In this document: positions 25,030 through 39,335 of the stretch, piece after piece
Position numbering within the stretch: the first letter of the stretch is position 1
How the letters are laid out: each line of letters begins with the position of its first letter
Source of the DNA: Octopus vulgaris
Lineage: Eukaryota
Assembly (NCBI GenBank): GCA_951406725.2
Contig: OX597824.1
Coordinates: 58,280,001 to 58,344,000, forward strand
Length of the DNA: 64,000 bases
Direction: 5' to 3'
Notes under the pieces: generated by a model
What the model saw: the letters and a program-made list of their open reading frames with translations, nothing else
Databases searched by the model: none
Told to the model about the DNA's origin: nothing
Position numbers and translations under genes: made by a program

Positions 25030-27420
25030 TCATTTATTGGCCACCAGGGCCGACGTACAGGGGGTAAATACAGTAGACATGGACAGCGGGGATTTTACAC
25101 AAAACAACGAGTACACAATTAAAACAATAACAATAATATCAAACAAAAAGAATATAACAATGAAAGTTCTCCAATAGTGGAGTGGGTAACCACTTGGAGT
25201 CGGCTCAGGTACCCCACCAGTCTTGGACCACTCGATAATTCGAGGACATCCGGGAAGAGCACCCTTCTCCCTCTCAAATTCACTAACCTACAGGCGCATT
25301 ACTAGAGTAGGTCCACACGCACGTGCCATTTTCGCTACATTCACCCACCGTTTAGCAAATGTACTGGGTGGTACCACTTTTCTCTTCACCCTCATCTTCT
25401 TTTACAAGTGAAATTTGAAAAAATTGGTGACAGATTGTCCGAAGAGGAAAGTGTCAGTCTTCAGTCCTTTCAACCTAGTCCACCATGCACTCTCTTTCGC
25501 TACTGCTATAAGACAGAGGAAAATGCCTGTCCTTCCGGACCAATGAAAGGCGGCGGATCGATCTTCATTATCGACTCGACCGATGCCGGATCCCTCACAC
25601 ACGTGATAAAAGCTGTTCAACATAACTCGGGGAACAAGTCTGGTATACTTATGTAAAACTTATAGGGCAGATCATTTAAACCGGGCAACTCGCGCCTCGT
25701 GCAGCCGACAAGGGCATCCTGAATTTTGGCTGAAGTTATCTGCCTTTCCCAGCGCTCAGCGTCGGCCGTCGAGAGACGCGGAAAGCCGTCGGTTTTAGGG
25801 ATTGAAGTCCACCACCATCTCCGCCCCGCTACACTCCCCGAACAACAGAGCAAAGTGCTGGCGAAAGGTCTTACACATCTGCCTGGAATCGCTCAGCTCA
25901 TGTCCATCTCGGTCCGTCAAAGGCCGAATTGTGGTTATGTTACCATGCTGCGCCTTCACCACACGGACTCATTGAACAGCTTTGATCCCCATGTTTCTTA
26001 GTGCACACGCCTTGGCTCTGACAATGTAGCCTTCATGTTTCGCAATGAAGAACTGGTCTAATGCCATTCTCGCTGCTAGCATGTCGGTTGAAATGCCACT
26101 ACAAATAATCTCGTCTAGTTTACCTATTAACCTCGCCTCCTCTCTATATTTTTCTAATGCTATTTCTTTGCTAAACCCTATCGATATTACTCTAATCTCT
26201 CTTCTGAGAGCCGCCCACCACCTGTTGCTGACGGCACCACCACTCAACTTCTGCTTAACTAAACTGTTGATCTGGTCCCTGTAAGCCTTACGAGCTTCCA
26301 GTATCCGGGTCCTAACCTATTCGTTTTATCTATGTCGACCGTACATGTTACAAACTTAGGATCTGAATAGGCGACCGTTTTAGAAAGTGGATATCCTACA
26401 CTATTACTATTTATTTTCTAGTGAAAATATACGATCTAAATGACCTTAAGCGGTTGATCCCGTTCTGGAGACAGATGTGGTCCGGTATTTTTTTCGGGTC
26501 TGATCTGGTACAATCCTCCCTGGCAGTTCTTGTCTCCTCTATCGGGACGGTATCCGCCCCACTCACGATTACGCATCCCAGAAGCCCCAAATATCAAGTA
26601 CTGGTGGGATCTTAGGAATGCGGACACATGCTCTACGTTTCCCCTTGTGGGAGTGGTAGATAATGACTTTGCTGGTTTCGCAAAGGGTCGTTGAATGCTT
26701 CATGGCGAGGGCTTCTGATTTAAACAGTACAGAAATGGTGTTGTATTGCTTGACCCTCGCTAAGTACTCGATATCATCTCTGATGCACCTCAGCGCCCCC
26801 TCAATATCTATTATGGCCGCTCTTATCGTCTCTGCTGAGATGCATCTGAAAATTACTGTTCTTTTCTCCACTGTTTGAATTGCCTCTGCCGGAATTAGTC
26901 CAAGTTTTTTCTAGTTTAATCAGTTTCCAAGCCTGAGTCAACACCTCATCTCTTTTTGTGAGATCCGCGATAAAGCGTTGCTTCTATTTCGTTGCTGCTG
27001 CTGCGAACGTGCTTTTGTTGAAAATATTCTCGTTATTGTTGTTAGTACTGTTGTTATTGCTGCTGCTGCAGCTGCTGTCACTGTTGCTGCTTTGCTACCG
27101 CTGTGGCTATTACTGCAACTGTGGATGTTACTATGAGGTGGACTTTGTATTGTAACAGTTTCGTTTTTCTCCTCCCCTTCACCTGTTTTGTTTTCTCTCA
27201 ACTCTTTCATCTTGCTGAGTTGTGTTTGTTTAAATTAGATTAAATGCCCACCGAACTTATTTGGTGGGCCAAATATAGCCACTGGAGGGGCTAAACAACC
27301 GTAGAAAACCAGTAACAGGTTCCTGGTGTTCCAATTGACAACTTGGAATAAAATAAATAATGCAAAAAGCACCAAACCGGTGGAAATAAATGTTTTAAGC
27401 TGCACCAACCTGGAGCGTGA
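25030..27420 (-). mobile_element. Tx1/L1-like LINE with ORF1 and ORF2 remnants (copy B)
   Basis: ORF1-like 26569-26871. ORF2 fragments NRWWAALRREIR, PGLNDLPYKFY and AWWTRLKGL. 3' end CCCTGGTGGCCAATAAA. Confidence 0.8.
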
Positions 27421-27452
27421 TTAATAATAATAATAATAATAATTATAATAAT

Positions 27453-28541
27453 AAAACTCTGAGGACTGGATGTTAAAACTTGTCTCAAAACATGAAAACA
27501 AGAAAGCATCATATTCAGTAACAAAACAGGAAAAGGAATATCTAAGTGAATTCCGAATACAACAAATTCCGGAATTAGACATACAAGAAACAAGCACAGA
27601 AAAAGCTAAGCGCATGAAAACCCATGCTAAAACTGCTGCCTTAGATATTCTGAATGATAAATGGCAATAAAAACCTCTCAATGGCAAATACCCAAAGAGA
27701 GCGAATAATGCAGATGTTGACAAAGCCCTGACCCATCAATGGCTAATGGCCTATGGCTTAAATCGCAAACAGAAGGGTTTATCATAGCAGCCCAAGATCA
27801 ATGCCTACCTACAAGGAACTACCAGGCCAACATATTAAAGAACGGCAGTAGCCCAACATGCCGTGTATGCCAACAACAAAATGAAACCATTGATCATGTT
27901 GTCTCCAACAGAGTATCGCAACAGGCATGATAGAGCTGCACAATATATTCACTGGGGAATTTGCAAAAACCTGGACTTGCCCCATGATAAAAACTGGTGG
28001 GAACACAAACCACCTCCAGTGCTTGAAAACAATAACATCTCACTCCTCTGTAACTTCACCATTCAAACTGACAGAAAGATAGATGCAAATAGGCCAGACA
28101 TCATATTGAAAGACTTCAGACAAAGAACATGCCTCTTCATTGATATGACTGTCCCAATCGATATGAACGTATCTGTCAAGACCTACAAAAAACTGATCTT
28201 GAAATAGAAATCAGCAAAATGTGGAACCTGAGGACTAAAACGATACCTGTTGTCATAGGTGCCCTGGGAATGATAGCAAATGTAGCTGATTGCTACCTAG
28301 CTCAGATACTAGGAAACCCAAAAATGGCAGAAATTTAAAATATAGTGCTCATGGGAACTGCTCATATCCTACGCAAAATACTTTCTATGTAATCTCAAGT
28401 TTTAAAACAAACATAATTTTCTTATGCCAAATATATGGCACACTAGGCATAACACAAACCTGAACTTCCAACTTGTTGTCTCTTGAGGTCTCTGGGTGAG
28501 ACTTGGAGCCAACTTGTACAAATGTAAAGCAAAAGTCAAAC

Positions 28542-28543
<2 letters not shown>
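27453..28543 (+). mobile_element. R4/Dong-like element, 3' fragment, copy 2
   Basis: Highly similar to ~22423-23590, with stops and frameshifts. Flanked by (AAT)n. Confidence 0.93.
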
Positions 28544-28897
<354 letters not shown>

Positions 28898-29446
28898 TTC
28901 CCTAATAAGCCCTGATGCAGCACCAGGCACTATACTCTGAGGCAGTACCAGGCACTGGCTCTCATGGTTTCTGAATGAAATTGATTGGAAGTGTTATCAT
29001 GGACTACAGCAAATATTCTGCTCAGTACCACAGATCTGCTTGTCAGTTGTTTGACCATAACCAGTTGGGCATTTCTTTGGTAGCTGATAATATATGTATC
29101 TATCATCACGAGTAGAAGTAGTGGGGGAGCATCCCAGCTATGTGTTGAAAGGAATTCTTTGGAGTTTGAATAATTAACCTCTGGAAACATGGGTGATTCT
29201 TTCAACAACCTTAAAGAATCCTTATTCAAGGACCATTTGAGCAGTATGGGCTACTCGACACAAAGAAAATTCTAACTGGATCCCACCTGCAAGGTAATGA
29301 GCTGTTTATCTTGGTATGAGATCATCATGACGCGCACACATGGTTGTGATGCATGTACCTGGTGTAATTTATCAGACGTGTAGTCTCGAGGGGTGTACTG
29401 GGGTATACCCCAGTATCACTTTGATGGAAAGCTCTGCTCTCTCACG
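28898..29446. mobile_element. Unclassified non-coding insert between (AAT)n tracts
   Basis: Higher-complexity ~550 bp block sharply bounded by AAT repeats. No recognisable ORF. Confidence 0.45.
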
Positions 29447-29470
29447 TAATAATAATAATAATAATAATAA

Positions 29471-29526
<56 letters not shown>

Positions 29527-29599
29527 ATAGTAATAATAATAATAATAAAAATAATATTTTAAAAAGGATTAACGTAACTCGTCACAATTTTAAACAGTG

Positions 29600-31860
29600 A
29601 AAACGAAGAGCGTGATTCGATTGTAATAGATATTTTATTGGTTGAACGATATTTGTCTTTGTCAAGTGCAAAATAAGAAGTGATAAAAATTCAAAATTAT
29701 AGAAATTTAAATGTAAATTATGAACGAGAGCAACAAGCGTCCACGCGTCGATGGAATGACATCATCAGTTTTTGAGTTTCAATTTTACAACAGGCGAAAA
29801 GAAAAAGACAGAAAAAAGAAGACATATAAGAAGAGACAGAAAAAAAGAGAAAAGAAAAAAGAGAGAAAGAAGACTATTTAATCAAACAGCTTTGTATAAA
29901 TTTGATGATATTCTCCTGTCATTTTATTCACTCCTCCAGGGCGTACATATTTCTCCTCATACATTCTGTGAGGGGAAAATGAAGCAGATTCAGAATATTT
30001 TCTGAGAATATGCAACTTTCAAGTCTTCTTCAAAATTGCAGCCGCTTGAAACGAAATGTTCAGTAAGTTCTGTCGAACTACTGTTATTGTGCCTGACATC
30101 GAATCTGTGCCCATTAAACTTTTTGTTTAATTGTTCTGTTGTACAACCAACATAAATCAAGTTGTGTTTCGTGCATTCTGCAACGTACACCAAATGGGAA
30201 TCTTTATATGTCCCACCTTCTGTTAAGGATGATCATCTGTTGGAATATTCCGGTTGTGGCGTACTTCCAGCTGTTATGATTCTTGATGGAATTCACTTCA
30301 CTCATGATGTTGCACAATGAACAAGGCTTACCTCTCTTGCGGCTGTTTTCCAATGTTCGTTTTCTTGGAGTAGAAATAGAGGTCAATAATTCTCTTATAT
30401 TCTTATTCCGTCGAAAGGCTGCAATAGGCGGCTGAGGAAATATCTGTTTGAAACGAGGAAGTTTTTTTTGCCACATGCTGATAATTTTCATGCAACACTT
30501 TCGAAATGCCAGCGAAATGTCGGTGCCAGCTTATCACTAAAGGAATTCTGTCATCTATTGTATTGTGTTTGCTAAAATTATGCGTGTAGGTTTGACTATC
30601 TTTGCTAATCTTAGCTATTTCATTTGCTATTTCCTTTAATCGTGATTCACTGTTACCGCGTTTGACATAATGACGTACAAAAGCATTTGCATGTTTCCAG
30701 TAATCCCCTATGTCAGTACAAATCCGTTTTATCCTAAAAAATTGGGATTTCGGATTTGACCGAATAAGATGATGTGGATGATCGGAGCGGCGGTGGAGAT
30801 AAATGTGGGATGAGTGGTGGCTTGCACAATAACTCTGTCACTATTCTGCCTCCAGAAAACTTAACTTTTGTATTCAAAACTTCAACGCTAGTTTTTGAAA
30901 AAACTAGACGTAAACTTTATGTTGGACTTCAAGCAATAGTTTCTAGCATAACAGTCACAGAAATGCAAAAAGTCCATTAAACTATCCTGTGATCCTTCCC
31001 AGACAAAAAATACGTCGTCAATGAATCGTAACCAGAGTATTGGTTCATGACCATGAAGGGATTTGAATGTCTTCAGTAACTGTGTCTCGAATTTCGTCAT
31101 GAAAACATTAGCGAAATTAACTGCCATGGGGGTACCCATGGCGCCACCCATCGTCTGGTGGTAAAATCTTTGTCTAAACTTCACTGTGTTACTTTCTAAC
31201 ACAAACCTCAATAATCTACAAAGAACATTTAATGGAATACTTTTGTTTGACTGCTTTTCGAAGGCATCCATGCATGCTTCTACCCCTTCATTGTGGTCAA
31301 TATTGGGATATAAGAAAGAAACATCCATGGTTACCAAAAAATAATACGGCCTCTGTGCTTAAAAAAGTTGTTGATTCTGGATACAAAATCAAAGGTAACC
31401 CGAATATAGGAACTTGATCGACTTGCGACGGGGAGCAGAAAGCTATCCAGCCATTCCGAAATTTTGGTCGTGCAACATTCATATCCGCTGCAAATTGGGC
31501 GCATTGGAGGACATTTTCGAACTTTTTATGTATTTTAGGGAGACCATAAAATACAGGTGTTCTTCTTTGTGACCTTAAAATCCTAGATTCAGCCTTATTA
31601 ACGAAATTGCTTTCCTCCATTTTCAGAATTATTTTGTCAAGTTCCTCTCTGTAATTGGTGTTTGGATCGACAGGTAATTCTTCATATGAAGTTTTGTCAT
31701 TTGAAACTTTTTCACAAGCCGAAATATACTCACTTTTGTCCATAATTACGATAGCGCCTACCCTATCCGCCATTTTAATAAAAATAGAATCGTTCTTAGC
31801 CAGACGTCGGAGTGCGTAACGTTGGGAATTTGTGAGGTTATTCCAGGACTTCTTTCCACT
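29600..31860 (-). mobile_element. Penelope-like retroelement (RT + GIY-YIG), decayed
   Basis: ADRVGAIVIM, FYGLPKIHK, TMDVSFLYPNI, GAMGTPMA, WLRFIDDVFFVW; GIY-YIG VYVAEC..HNLIYVGCT. Decayed hammerhead at 29741-29772. Confidence 0.92.
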
Positions 31861-31869
31861 TGTTTTAAG

Positions 31870-34800
31870 CCTTAAAACTGCCGTCACCCGGAGCACCAAG
31901 GACCACGTACTCGAATGATGAACCAGATTGGGTAGGAAAAATCAGCTACTGGTTCAAATCTTCCCGAAGCACAAGAGCTGGAAGTACGCCACAACCGGAA
32001 TATTCCAACAGATGATCATCCATTCTCGTCATCAAATAACCAAAAGAAAAAGAATGAAACATGTTCTAAGGAAGGAAATAAAGAAGTTTTTAAGGCCTTC
32101 TATCATGCCATATATTTCCCCGCAAATAAATCTAATACTGTACAAAACTACTTGAACTGGGGACAGAAGCACCTTGAAGTAAGATCCTACATAGACAATA
32201 ACAAATTTGCCAACGTCATAAGAAACATTATGAAAAAGAAATTACTAACTGAATTAGAGATTGACCCAATTAAACAATCAGTAAGGGATAAAAGGAACGA
32301 AGTTGCAGCTAATGAAGATACTACAAAGGAAATAATTATAGATCAACCCAGGTCTGATCAAAATGCAATAATGATTGAAAGAGTTAATAGCACTGATAAG
32401 CAAAGTGTAACTGATAAGTAAAAATACTCTCTGAACCAACCATAAACAATAAGGCATATGAAATTCAAATAGATGAAGAAAGTCACACAGAAATTGACCC
32501 AACAGAAATACACGATCTAAAAATTCAAATCATGAATGAAGGGCTGAAAATTAAAGAAACCAGTATGAATGAACGTGACACTCTCCCAAAAATTCGCAAT
32601 CCTAACCAAAACCTGAAAGTAATTGGTAAAATCCGCCTTGAACTTAGGGACATAATTTCATCTAATGATGTTGATATTACAGATCACAACGACCTATTCT
32701 ATGCGTCCACGAAGATCTCAACGATTCCATGTGGTGAAAAGATTAGAAAACAACAACATCCCCACAAAAGCCAACTTGGCAAGAGCGCATTCAACACCAA
32801 ATTCAGCTACATAGAATGTAGAATGCTTAAAAGAACCTTAATTTTGACAAACCTATCAAACCAACAAAAATCCGAAAATTAAAGAAAAAATATATGAAAA
32901 CCCATACTTGACATCAATACCACCATAAAAACTATCAAGCAAAAGGTATGTGCTAAAGCTGCCAGCATAGCAAGGTACGAAAAGCACATTAGATTCTTCA
33001 AGTACAACATGTACAATGATAACCCAACAAATTTTTACAGGAAGATAGAGAAAATAACAATCACGGTAAATTCTGTCCCATCAAAAAAAGAAGTGCAGGA
33101 ATTTTGAATAAAATTTGGGCAGAAGAAAAAACACACAATGAAAGGCCCCTTGTATTGCTAGAATATCTACAGACTTAGACTCCTTAGAAGAGCAAAAGTG
33201 GGAGGATATCAAGGTAGAGTATGTAAGATATGCTCCCAGGAAGTCAAGCAAATTGAAGTCTCCAGGAAAGAATAAAATTCCTAACTTCTGATTGAATGCC
33301 TTCCTAGAGAGTCATGAACTGCTAACAAAACTTTACAACAATATTTTGCAACAACCTAGTATGATTCCCTCTTGGCTAATTAATCCCCACTTCCAAAAAA
33401 TGAAGAAACAAATGTACCAAAAAATCATATACACATAACCTTCTTAACATCAATATATAATATACTAACATCTGTCTTGACTAAATATACCTATAGTTTT
33501 CTAATAGAAAGTGACATATTCCCTTATGAGTAAAAAGGATGTAAACGTGGATCTTATGGTTGTAAATATCAGCTACTCATCAATAAGATGATTTTGGATG
33601 ATTGTCACAAACAACACAAAAACTTGTCGATAGCCTGGATAAACTATCAAAAGCTTTTGATAGTCTACCACATAGCCGGATTAAGAAATGTTTGGAAATG
33701 TATAAAATAGTACATACTCTGCGAAACTTCTTGTCTGTAAGTATGAGATCATGGAGAACCGAATCTCTCAATGCTGGAGATGTAAGAATTTCATGTCGCA
33801 TTTTCCAGGGTGATTCTCTATCACCACTCCTCTTTTGTTTAGCCTTAATACCTCTCTCGAAATTGCTCGATGATGTACAATACGGCTATAAAACGTTTGA
33901 TAAAAATATAAATCATCTCATTTACATGGATGATTTAAAGCTCTTTGCAAAAAATGACCAACTGCCTTAAGTTTTACTAGCGATTGTTAAACAATTCAGT
34001 GACGGCATCAGGATGCAATTTGGCCTCGATAAATGTGCAAAAGCTACCTTTATTAAAGGGAAAATAACAGAAACAACCAACGTTAATCTTGACCAGCAGA
34101 ATGCCATAAAGGAGTTAGAACTAGCGGAGAGCTACAAGTACCTAGGGGTATTTGAAGGGGACGGAATCAAACATTCAGTGATGAGGGAATGGAACAGAAG
34201 AGAATGTTATCGCAGGGTAAGGGCAATACTCAAGACAGAGATGAATGCAAGAAACAGGATCGCAGCGACCAATACTCTAGCCATACTGGTCGTGACTTAC
34301 AGATTCAATATCATTAACTGGTCAGTTACTGAAATTTGTAATCTTGACAGAAAAATACGAAAATTGTTGACAATGTATAGAATGCACTACCCTAAGGCAG
34401 ATTGTAGAACGACTTTACCTGCCAAGAAAAGAAGGTGGTCGTAGACTTTTACAACTGGAATTAACTGGAATTGCCACAATTGGCCTAGACACCTACCTGA
34501 AAAACTCTGATGACTGGACGTCAAAACTTGTTTCAAAGCATTAAAACAAGAAAACATCGTACTCATAACAAACTAGGTAAAGGAATATCTAAGTGAATTC
34601 CAAATATAACAAATTCCAGAATTAGACGTACTAGAAACAAACAGAAAAAGCTAAGAGTATGAAAACCCGTGCTAAACCTGCTGCCTTAGATATTCTTACT
34701 GATAAATGGCAAGAAAAACCTCTGAATGGAAAATACCCAAAGAGAGCTAATAGTGCCGATGTTGACAAAGCCCTTACCTATCAATGGTTAATGGCTTCTG

Positions 34801-35195
34801 GCTTAAAATCAGCAACAGAAGGGTTTATCATCGCAGCCGAAGATCAATGTCAAGGAACTACCAGGCCAACATATTAAAGATCGGCAGTAGCACATGTCGT
34901 GTATGTCAATAATAAAATGAAACCATTGATCATGTTATCTCCAAGTTCAGTCTTCTTGCACCTACAGAGTATCTCAACAGACATGATAGAGCAGCAAAAT
35001 ATATTCGCTGGGTAATTTGCAAAAACCTGAACCTGCCCCATGATAAAAACTGGTGGGAACACAAAGCACCTCCAGTGCTTGAAAACGGTAACATGTCATT
35101 CCTTACAATTCAAACTGACAGAAAGATAGATACGAATAGGCCAGATATTATATTGAAAGACTTCAGAGAAAAATCATTCCTCCTCATTGATATGA
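31870..35195 (+). mobile_element. R4/Dong-like element, older copy 3 with more 5' sequence, 3' end missing
   Basis: Colinear with copy 1 from ~33190. KAFDSLPH, FQGDSLSP, YMDDLKL. Many stops and frameshifts. Confidence 0.9.
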
Positions 35196-35611
35196 AATTA
35201 TAATAGTAACAAGTAAATGAAATAGAAACCAGATGCTTTATGGTCCAACAATACCAAGACATACACGAAAGTATATAACCGTTTGTTTAATGTGGTAACC
35301 GCACCCTTATTTATCAAGATTTCTAATGAATATAACTGCCTAATAATATGTTCCTAAAAGAGACTTAATCGGAAGCAAGGGCACTAGTATAAACGTGTTT
35401 GTGCGTATGTGGGTGCACGTGTGTGTATGTATGAATATATATGTGGGCGTCTATACAAATCTAGAGATATCCGTATATATACATATGTATACACATCTCT
35501 AAGTGCACAGATAGTACACATGTGAATACAGATATTCATTCTTATATATTCTTATACAAATAAACGGTTTTAAACACACACACACACAAACACACACATA
35601 CACACATACAC

Positions 35612-35752
35612 ACACATGGTTCCGGGTTCAATCCCACAGCATGGCACCTTAGGAGAGTGTCTTCTACTATAGCCTCAGGCAGACCAAAACCTTGTGGGTG
35701 GAATTGGGAGTGGAAGCTGAAATTGGAAGAGGCCTGTCGTATGTATATATAT

Positions 35753-35810
<58 letters not shown>

Positions 35811-36012
35811 GTATATATGTATGCATGTATGTATGTGTCCTTGTGTCTGTGTTTGCCCTCCCCCCAGTACCACTTGACAACTGGTGTTGGTGTGTTTACG
35901 TCTACGAAACTTAGCGGTTCGGCAAAAAATTACTGGAATTGATTCGACTAAAACTTCCTCAAGGCGATACCCCAGCATGGCCACAGTCTGAAGACTGAAA
36001 CAAAAAATAAAA
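35612..36012 (+). mobile_element. SINE family A
   Basis: CCGGGTTCAATCCCAC B-box, family body and tail. Confidence 0.85.
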
Positions 36013-36676
36013 GATAGATATATATGTATGTGTGTGTGTGTGTGTGTGTGTGCCTGTATGTGTGTGTGTTGTATGTATAAAAAATATATATGCATACATG
36101 CATGCATATGCGAATATGCATGCGTAAACACTGCCTAATATACATTTATATACATTTATATAATACATGTATCATTATATGTGCATAAACACCTATATAC
36201 ATTTAAATAATATATAAATATATATATACGTACATAAACACTGTCTAAAGATAGACCAGCCTGAAAAATTAAAAAACCCAAACAATACAGACGCAAAGCG
36301 AAAAGCGAAACAAAGAATCAAAAATACCAAAAACATGAAGAAAATTCCTTCTCTTCACGACTCTGTTCTAAATTCTTCTGACACTCAGACTTGGCGTAAT
36401 CTAAAATTTCAAGTATGTTCTTGAGAAGTATGAGAAGTTAAATCGAGATACGTTTTGAATTATAACAGCTAGGGTGGTCGTCATAGAGTATGTATGTATG
36501 TATGTATGAATGTACGTATGTATTTGTGTATGTGTATGTATATATTTATGTATGTGGGTAGGTATACGCAAACACGTGTGGTGTCATGTTAAATGTTATT
36601 CTACCGTTTTTCAATTTTCCTTTATTGCTTTTGTGCATTACACCAACATTTCAAAATTTCATAAGCAAAGTATCTG

Positions 36677-36722
<46 letters not shown>

Positions 36723-36734
36723 TTAAATTTACTT

Positions 36735-37153
36735 TTATTCTTTTCTTCTTTCATTTGTTTCAGTCATTTGATTGCGGCAGTGCTGGAGCACCGCCTTCAA
36801 GGATGTTAGTCGAAGAAAAGGACTCCAGAGCTTATTTTTTACGTCTAGTACTTATTTTATCGGGGTCTCTTGCTGTACCGCTAAGTCACGGGGGCGTAAA
36901 AACACCAACACCGGTTGTCAAGCAGTGATGGGGTACAAATACACACACACACACGCACGCACACACACTCACACACACACACACACACACACATACACAC
37001 ACACACATACAACGGGCTACTTTCAGTTTCCGTCTACCAAATCCGTTCACATGGCGTTGGCCGGCTCGAGGCTATAGCAGAAGACACTTGCCCGAGGTGC
37101 CACGCACTGGGACTGAACCCGGAACAATGTGGTTGGGAAGCAAGCTTCTTAAC
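36735..37153 (-). mobile_element. SINE family A
   Basis: Colinear with 7986-8398. Confidence 0.88.
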
Positions 37154-37174
37154 GCAAATGGAGACAGAGAGACC

Positions 37175-39160
37175 AATAGATAGATATGTTTCTTTATTAG
37201 TCACACAGAGCTGAACACAGATGGGACAAATTACTAAGTAGAGCTTTTCTTTGGGGGGGGGGGGGAAGAAAAAAGATAAAAAAGGGGGGTCGATCAAAAT
37301 GGATCGTAAAAAGGAAAGGGATCGTGTATCACAGAAATGTCATGATGTAAATTGTAAAGGGGAAAACAGATAAGGTTTTTCCTCGGAAAGGAAAGCCTAC
37401 GGAAAAGACCACGGTAACCTCGGTCAATAATGTTACATGTTAACACATTTATTTGCAAGTAAGTAACTCTCTGTTTTAAATTTTTCCAGGTTCATAGGAT
37501 CATGCGCAAGGTGGCTTCCTCATTCATACGTGCCATCCTTGCTACATTCACCCATCATTTTTTGAAACATTCGCTAGACAAAACTTGTCTCTCTACTCTC
37601 ACTTTCCTTTTCAAGTGATACTTGAAGAAGTTGATGAGAGATTGAGCAAAGAGGAAAGTGTTTGTTTCTAATCCTTTCAGACGCGCCCACCAGATACATT
37701 GTTTCGCCATAGCTACAAGTATGATGAAAATAGCTCTTCCTTCCCGTTTGAAGGAAGGAGGCGTGATGATATTGATGATAGACTCGGCTGATAAACCGAC
37801 TCGTCCCACACGAGACAGCTGTCGTTCAACATCAGCCCACAGGTCGGAAATGGTTGGACATTGCACGAGTGCGTGAAGAACGGTTTCGTCGCTCTGACCG
37901 CATCTCGGGCAGGTCAGCCCCGTGTTTCTCTAGCCGTGTCTGCAGAGCTTATCCCGAACGGGCAGAGCTTCTATGTAGCACTGCCAGGCCAGGGATCTCT
38001 GGAAGTTGTCCATAGGTCTCGGCCCGAAAGTCGTCTTGAACAGGCGGGTCAGGTATTCCTCATCGACGCCCAGGTTCGCCCCGAGATCGTCGTCGTACCC
38101 CCTCCACTAATCCCCTATAGAATGCTTTGGTTGTGTTGAAGTCGCTCAAGGTCAACCCCGGACGGCACAGTTGTTTGAGAGCAACGCGACACTCGCGGTG
38201 CAATTCGCTCTTCCACGGCGTCTTTTTGATCCACGAATGCAGTTCGGTCATGGAGACGAGCTGCGGGAAAGCGTGCCTCACAAACGGCAACCACACCTGT
38301 TCACCGTCGTCTACGTAGAGCCGGAGGTGTCGCAGTCTCAGCGCGTGTCTGCGCATTATCATCCACGGCATGCCCAGCCCTCCTTTTAACGGGTGTTGAC
38401 AGCAAATGGATCGCCTGATCATCGGGACGCATCCTTTCCACAGCCTCCAAGTATCGATAGTCTACCCTATCGAAAGCTTTTGATTGATCCAAATTGATCA
38501 GGGCCCCACCCATGTCACGTTCCTTAACTACCCTGTCTATGCTGTAGCGCATCAGATGGAGGTTGTCATGGATGCCCCGGCCCGGCATGGCGCACGTTTG
38601 CGCCTTGTCGACCAGTTTCTCGATGACAAGAGCCAACCTCTTGGCTAACACCTTGGACAAAATTTTCAAGTCTGCATTGAGCAGAGTGATGGGCCTAAAG
38701 TTATCTATAATGTTCTCCTTGTTTGGATCTTTCTTCAGCAGCGTTACGGCTTCTCGACTCACAAAACCGGGTATACTCCCGTTTTGCTGCCAGTAGCAGT
38801 ACACTGCTGCCAAGACGTCTCCAAACAAGTCTGGCATACAATTGTAAAACTCGTGGGGCAGACCATCCAGATCCGGCGATTTGTCCCTCGAGCATACTGC
38901 AATTGCGTCCCTCACTTCCGCCGCCGCGATGGCACCTTCACAGCACTCTGGCTCTCTTGCCGAGAGTCGTGGAAGGCTGTGTAGGTAGGCACTGAAGTTC
39001 ACCCTGCGTTCAAGCTCGCCACTCGTCCCGTAAAGTCGGGTAAAATGCCGCCGAAATGCCTCGCACATCTTACTGGGCTCGAGCAATTCGCGCCCTTTTT
39101 CGTCTACCAGAGACCGAATGGTGGCTTTGTTGCCTTGCTGTGCCTCCGCCACCTGGGCCT
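37175..39160 (-). mobile_element. Tx1/L1-like LINE ORF2 fragment (copy C), 5'-truncated with internal deletion
   Basis: KSPDLDGLPHEFY, FRPITLLNADLKILSK, LDQSKAFDRVD, KGGLGMP, QCP..SDLW. 3' UTR ends GACTAATAAA. Confidence 0.9.
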
Positions 39161-39164
39161 CTCT

Positions 39165-39335
39165 CTCACACACACTCACAACATATATACGACGAGCTTC
39201 TTTCAGTTTCCGTCTACCAAATCCACTGACATGGACTTGGTCGGCTCCAGAATATAGTAAAAGGCACTTACCTAAGGTGCCACGTAATGGGGCCGAACTC
39301 AAAACTAGATGGTTGAGAAAAATATTTCTTACTGC
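39165..39335 (-). mobile_element. SINE family A, 5' half, abutting Tx1 copy C
   Basis: CTTTCAGTTTCCGTCTACCAAATCCAC family motif. Confidence 0.78.

Noticed and set aside
31870-31975. HDV-like ribozyme at the 5' end of R4 copy 3
   Set aside because: No nested pseudoknot identified by eye. The element may be truncated.
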